Assembly (NCBI GenBank): GCA_000004695.1
Contig: CM000150.2
Location: forward strand, 2,112,001-2,176,000
Length of the DNA stretch: 64,000 nucleotides
Source of the DNA: Dictyostelium discoideum
Lineage: Eukaryota
Direction: 5' to 3'
The notes beneath the pieces were generated by a model. It was not told the DNA's origin. It saw only the letters and a program-made list of their open reading frames with translations, and did not search any database. This document shows positions 61,977-64,000 of this stretch, one piece after another (positions within the stretch are counted from its first letter, which is position 1; each line of letters starts with the position of its first letter). The position numbers were made by a program, and so were the translations under genes.

Positions 61977-63771
61977 ATGAGTAACGAAAATTTTAGAGAA
62001 AATAATTTAGGGATTGGATTATCATATACATTAACAATGGCAAATATAATTGAGGGAACATCATACCAAAAGAAGAGAAGTTTATTTGATGCAGTTTATC
62101 AAAAATTAATAAATAATGGTTCCCCAAATTTATCAGATCATAATTACAATAATGGAAATACTAGTTTCACAAGTGGAAAAATAAATAAAAAGAGTAAAAT
62201 TCAACTTTTTCTATTTTTTACTATTTTTATACAAATTTCCCCTTTATTATTAAAAATTCAATTCTTATATTTTAATAAATTAATTCTTTTTTTTTTTTTT
62301 TTTTTTTTATATTAAATTTATAATTTTTATAAATGAATTTATTTTATTTTATGTTTAATTGTATTTAATATAATAATAATAAATAAATCAATAAATAAAT
62401 AAATAAATAAATAATTTTTTTTTTTTATTTTTTTTTTTTTTTAAATAAATAATAGAATTAAATTCATCAAAAACATCAACATCACCAATTGATTTAAATC
62501 AATTATATAAATCATTTCAAGTTTTTCAAGGCGCACAATTATCAGTATGGCATGATACAGCTGGACCAGTGATAGAACAATCATGGTATTATAAAGAGTT
62601 ACCATTAGATTTTAAACAATTCATAGCAAGACAAACATTATGTGGTTTAGATCCAAAGAATACATGTGATGAATTTAGATTCAACATTTATTCTGATCAA
62701 GGTGTTTTAGTATTATCTCATATTTTCAATTCAAAATATAATGATAGTTTAACAAAGTTTGCTCTATCACTTTATTTATCAATTAATTTCTTTAATGATT
62801 ATTTACCAATTCATGATATAATAGTTGATAGAATAACTTGTTTATCTTGTAAATTATTAAAAATGTATACTTTAAATGTATGTATAATATATATATTTTA
62901 TTTAGAAATATTTATATATATTTTTACTAACTTTATTATTATAGTTAATAGATCAATCAGATTTATTTACAAAAGAATTAGTATTAACAATGATAAATAT
63001 TGAACATTTATTTTTATCAAATTACAATGAGAAATGTGGTTCAATATCAGTATCAAATACATGTTTTAATGATAGTAAAGTTGATCAAGACTTTTTAATT
63101 AGAGTATTAACTTCACATTTTCAAACATATGGTTCAACAATTATCATTGGTAGTAATGCTGATTTAGTTTATCAATGGATGGATACAATTTATTTATTTT
63201 TAACACCAAAAGAAAGAAAATTAACAACTCGTAATTTAAATTTAAAAGAATATATACCTGATATAATGATTCAGGGTTTTTTAAATGAAAATAGTATAAA
63301 TATAAATAATAGTATAAATAATAATAATAATAATATGAATAATAGTAGCAATAGTATAAATAATAATAATAATAATAATCATAATCATTTAAATAGTAGT
63401 AATAATATAAATAATATAAATAATAATAATAATTCATGGTTAAAACAAATTGATGAAAGATTACATTTTTCACTTAGACCTTCAACAGTAGTTGATTTAG
63501 ATAAAGGTATTGTTTATCAAACAAAGAGGAATCATGAATATGTTGATAAGAGAATTGACTTATTTTCAAAGTTAATTGTAGATAATTATCATCAAGGTAA
63601 AGAGTTTGAAAATTTAACACCTTTTAAAAATTCAAATTCAATATTTATTACTAAAATGGTTAATGAAGTATTTCAATTACCATTTCATTTAAAAGAAGTT
63701 TTCTTAATGCAATCAATTAAAAGTTTATTAAGAAAATCTTCAATTGTTATTACAACACTTCAACATTTGTA

Positions 63772-63817
<46 letters not shown>

Positions 63818-64000
63818 ACTAATTAAAATGAAAAGAAAGTTTTAGAATATTAACATATATTTTTTATTTATTTATTTATTTTATTTATTTATTTTTAGGT
63901 CGTTTACACCAGCAATTGAACAAAAATATAAGATTTCACAACTATTTACACCACCATTAAATGAAGTTGATATTGAATTATTATATGGATTGGCAGAAAA
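61977..64000 (+). CDS. Hypothetical protein, 3'-partial (continues beyond the window end). At least four exons: join(61977..62193, 62456..62877, 62945..63768, 63899..>64000).
   Basis: E1: MSNENFRENNLGIGLSY...SGKINKK, then a GTAAAA donor (phase 1). E2: (K)LNSSKTSTSPIDLNQLYKSFQVFQGAQLSVWHDTAGPVIEQSWYYKELPLDFKQF...CKLLKMYTLN, then a GTATGT donor. E3: LIDQSDLFTKELVLTMINIEHLF...SIVITTLQH, then a GTAATG donor (phase 2). E4: (L)SFTPAIEQKYKISQLFTPPLNEVDIELLYGLAE... is open in only this frame to the window edge. No confident domain assignment. The last junction could instead be a real stop at 63770..63772. Confidence 0.4.

Overview
This window is nuclear genomic DNA from a dictyostelid social amoeba, most likely Dictyostelium discoideum. 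The evidence is about 20-25% GC, long poly(A)/poly(T) intergenic tracts, coding (CAA)n/(AAT)n runs giving polyQ/polyN, short AT-rich introns with GTAAGT/GTATGT donors and (A/T)nAG acceptors, FNIP-repeat proteins, TRE5-like elements next to tRNA genes, and an alpha-actinin gene that matches Dictyostelium abpA as I recall it. It is a eukaryotic, intron-containing region, so many ORFs in the six-frame track are exon fragments or antisense/low-complexity artefacts. I rebuilt spliced gene models by hand; splice coordinates may be off by 1-2 nt.

Genes in order:
- a 5' partial acidic Lys/Ser-rich protein
- a monoacylglycerol-lipase-like alpha/beta hydrolase with a very large tandem-repeat tail
- two FNIP-repeat paralogues
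- a small PSI-domain membrane protein
- a GATA zinc-finger factor
- a TBC Rab-GAP
- a YbaK/ProX-type deacylase
- a strongly divergent G-alpha-like protein with a degenerate P-loop
- a class I cyclic-nucleotide phosphodiesterase
- alpha-actinin (abpA)
- an EGF-like type I membrane protein
- a bacterial-type MgtA-like P-type ATPase
- a 10-exon LRR + EGF-like receptor-like protein
- a CCHC zinc-knuckle protein
- a WWE/EF-hand protein
- an MGME1-like PD-(D/E)XK nuclease
- a 7-exon RBM5/RBM10-like splicing factor (RS, RRM, RanBP2-ZnF, RRM, OCRE, C2H2, G-patch)
- several hypothetical proteins.

Non-coding and mobile features: two inverted initiator tRNA-Met genes with downstream external B boxes and adjacent TRE5-like retroelement debris, and many microsatellites.

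The most unusual locus is a roughly 2.5 kb segment bounded by ~60-75 bp inverted repeats (about 21.73 kb and 24.30 kb). It carries an intronless ORF with a textbook phage tail-collar (MdpB-like) domain, plus an adjacent small glycine-zipper ORF with an apparent frameshift. This looks like a transposon- or HGT-like cassette in an amoeba genome. A second unusual feature is that the 3' EF-hand exon of abpA has been copied twice nearby: once as a short inverted copy, and once as a degraded direct pseudo-exon.
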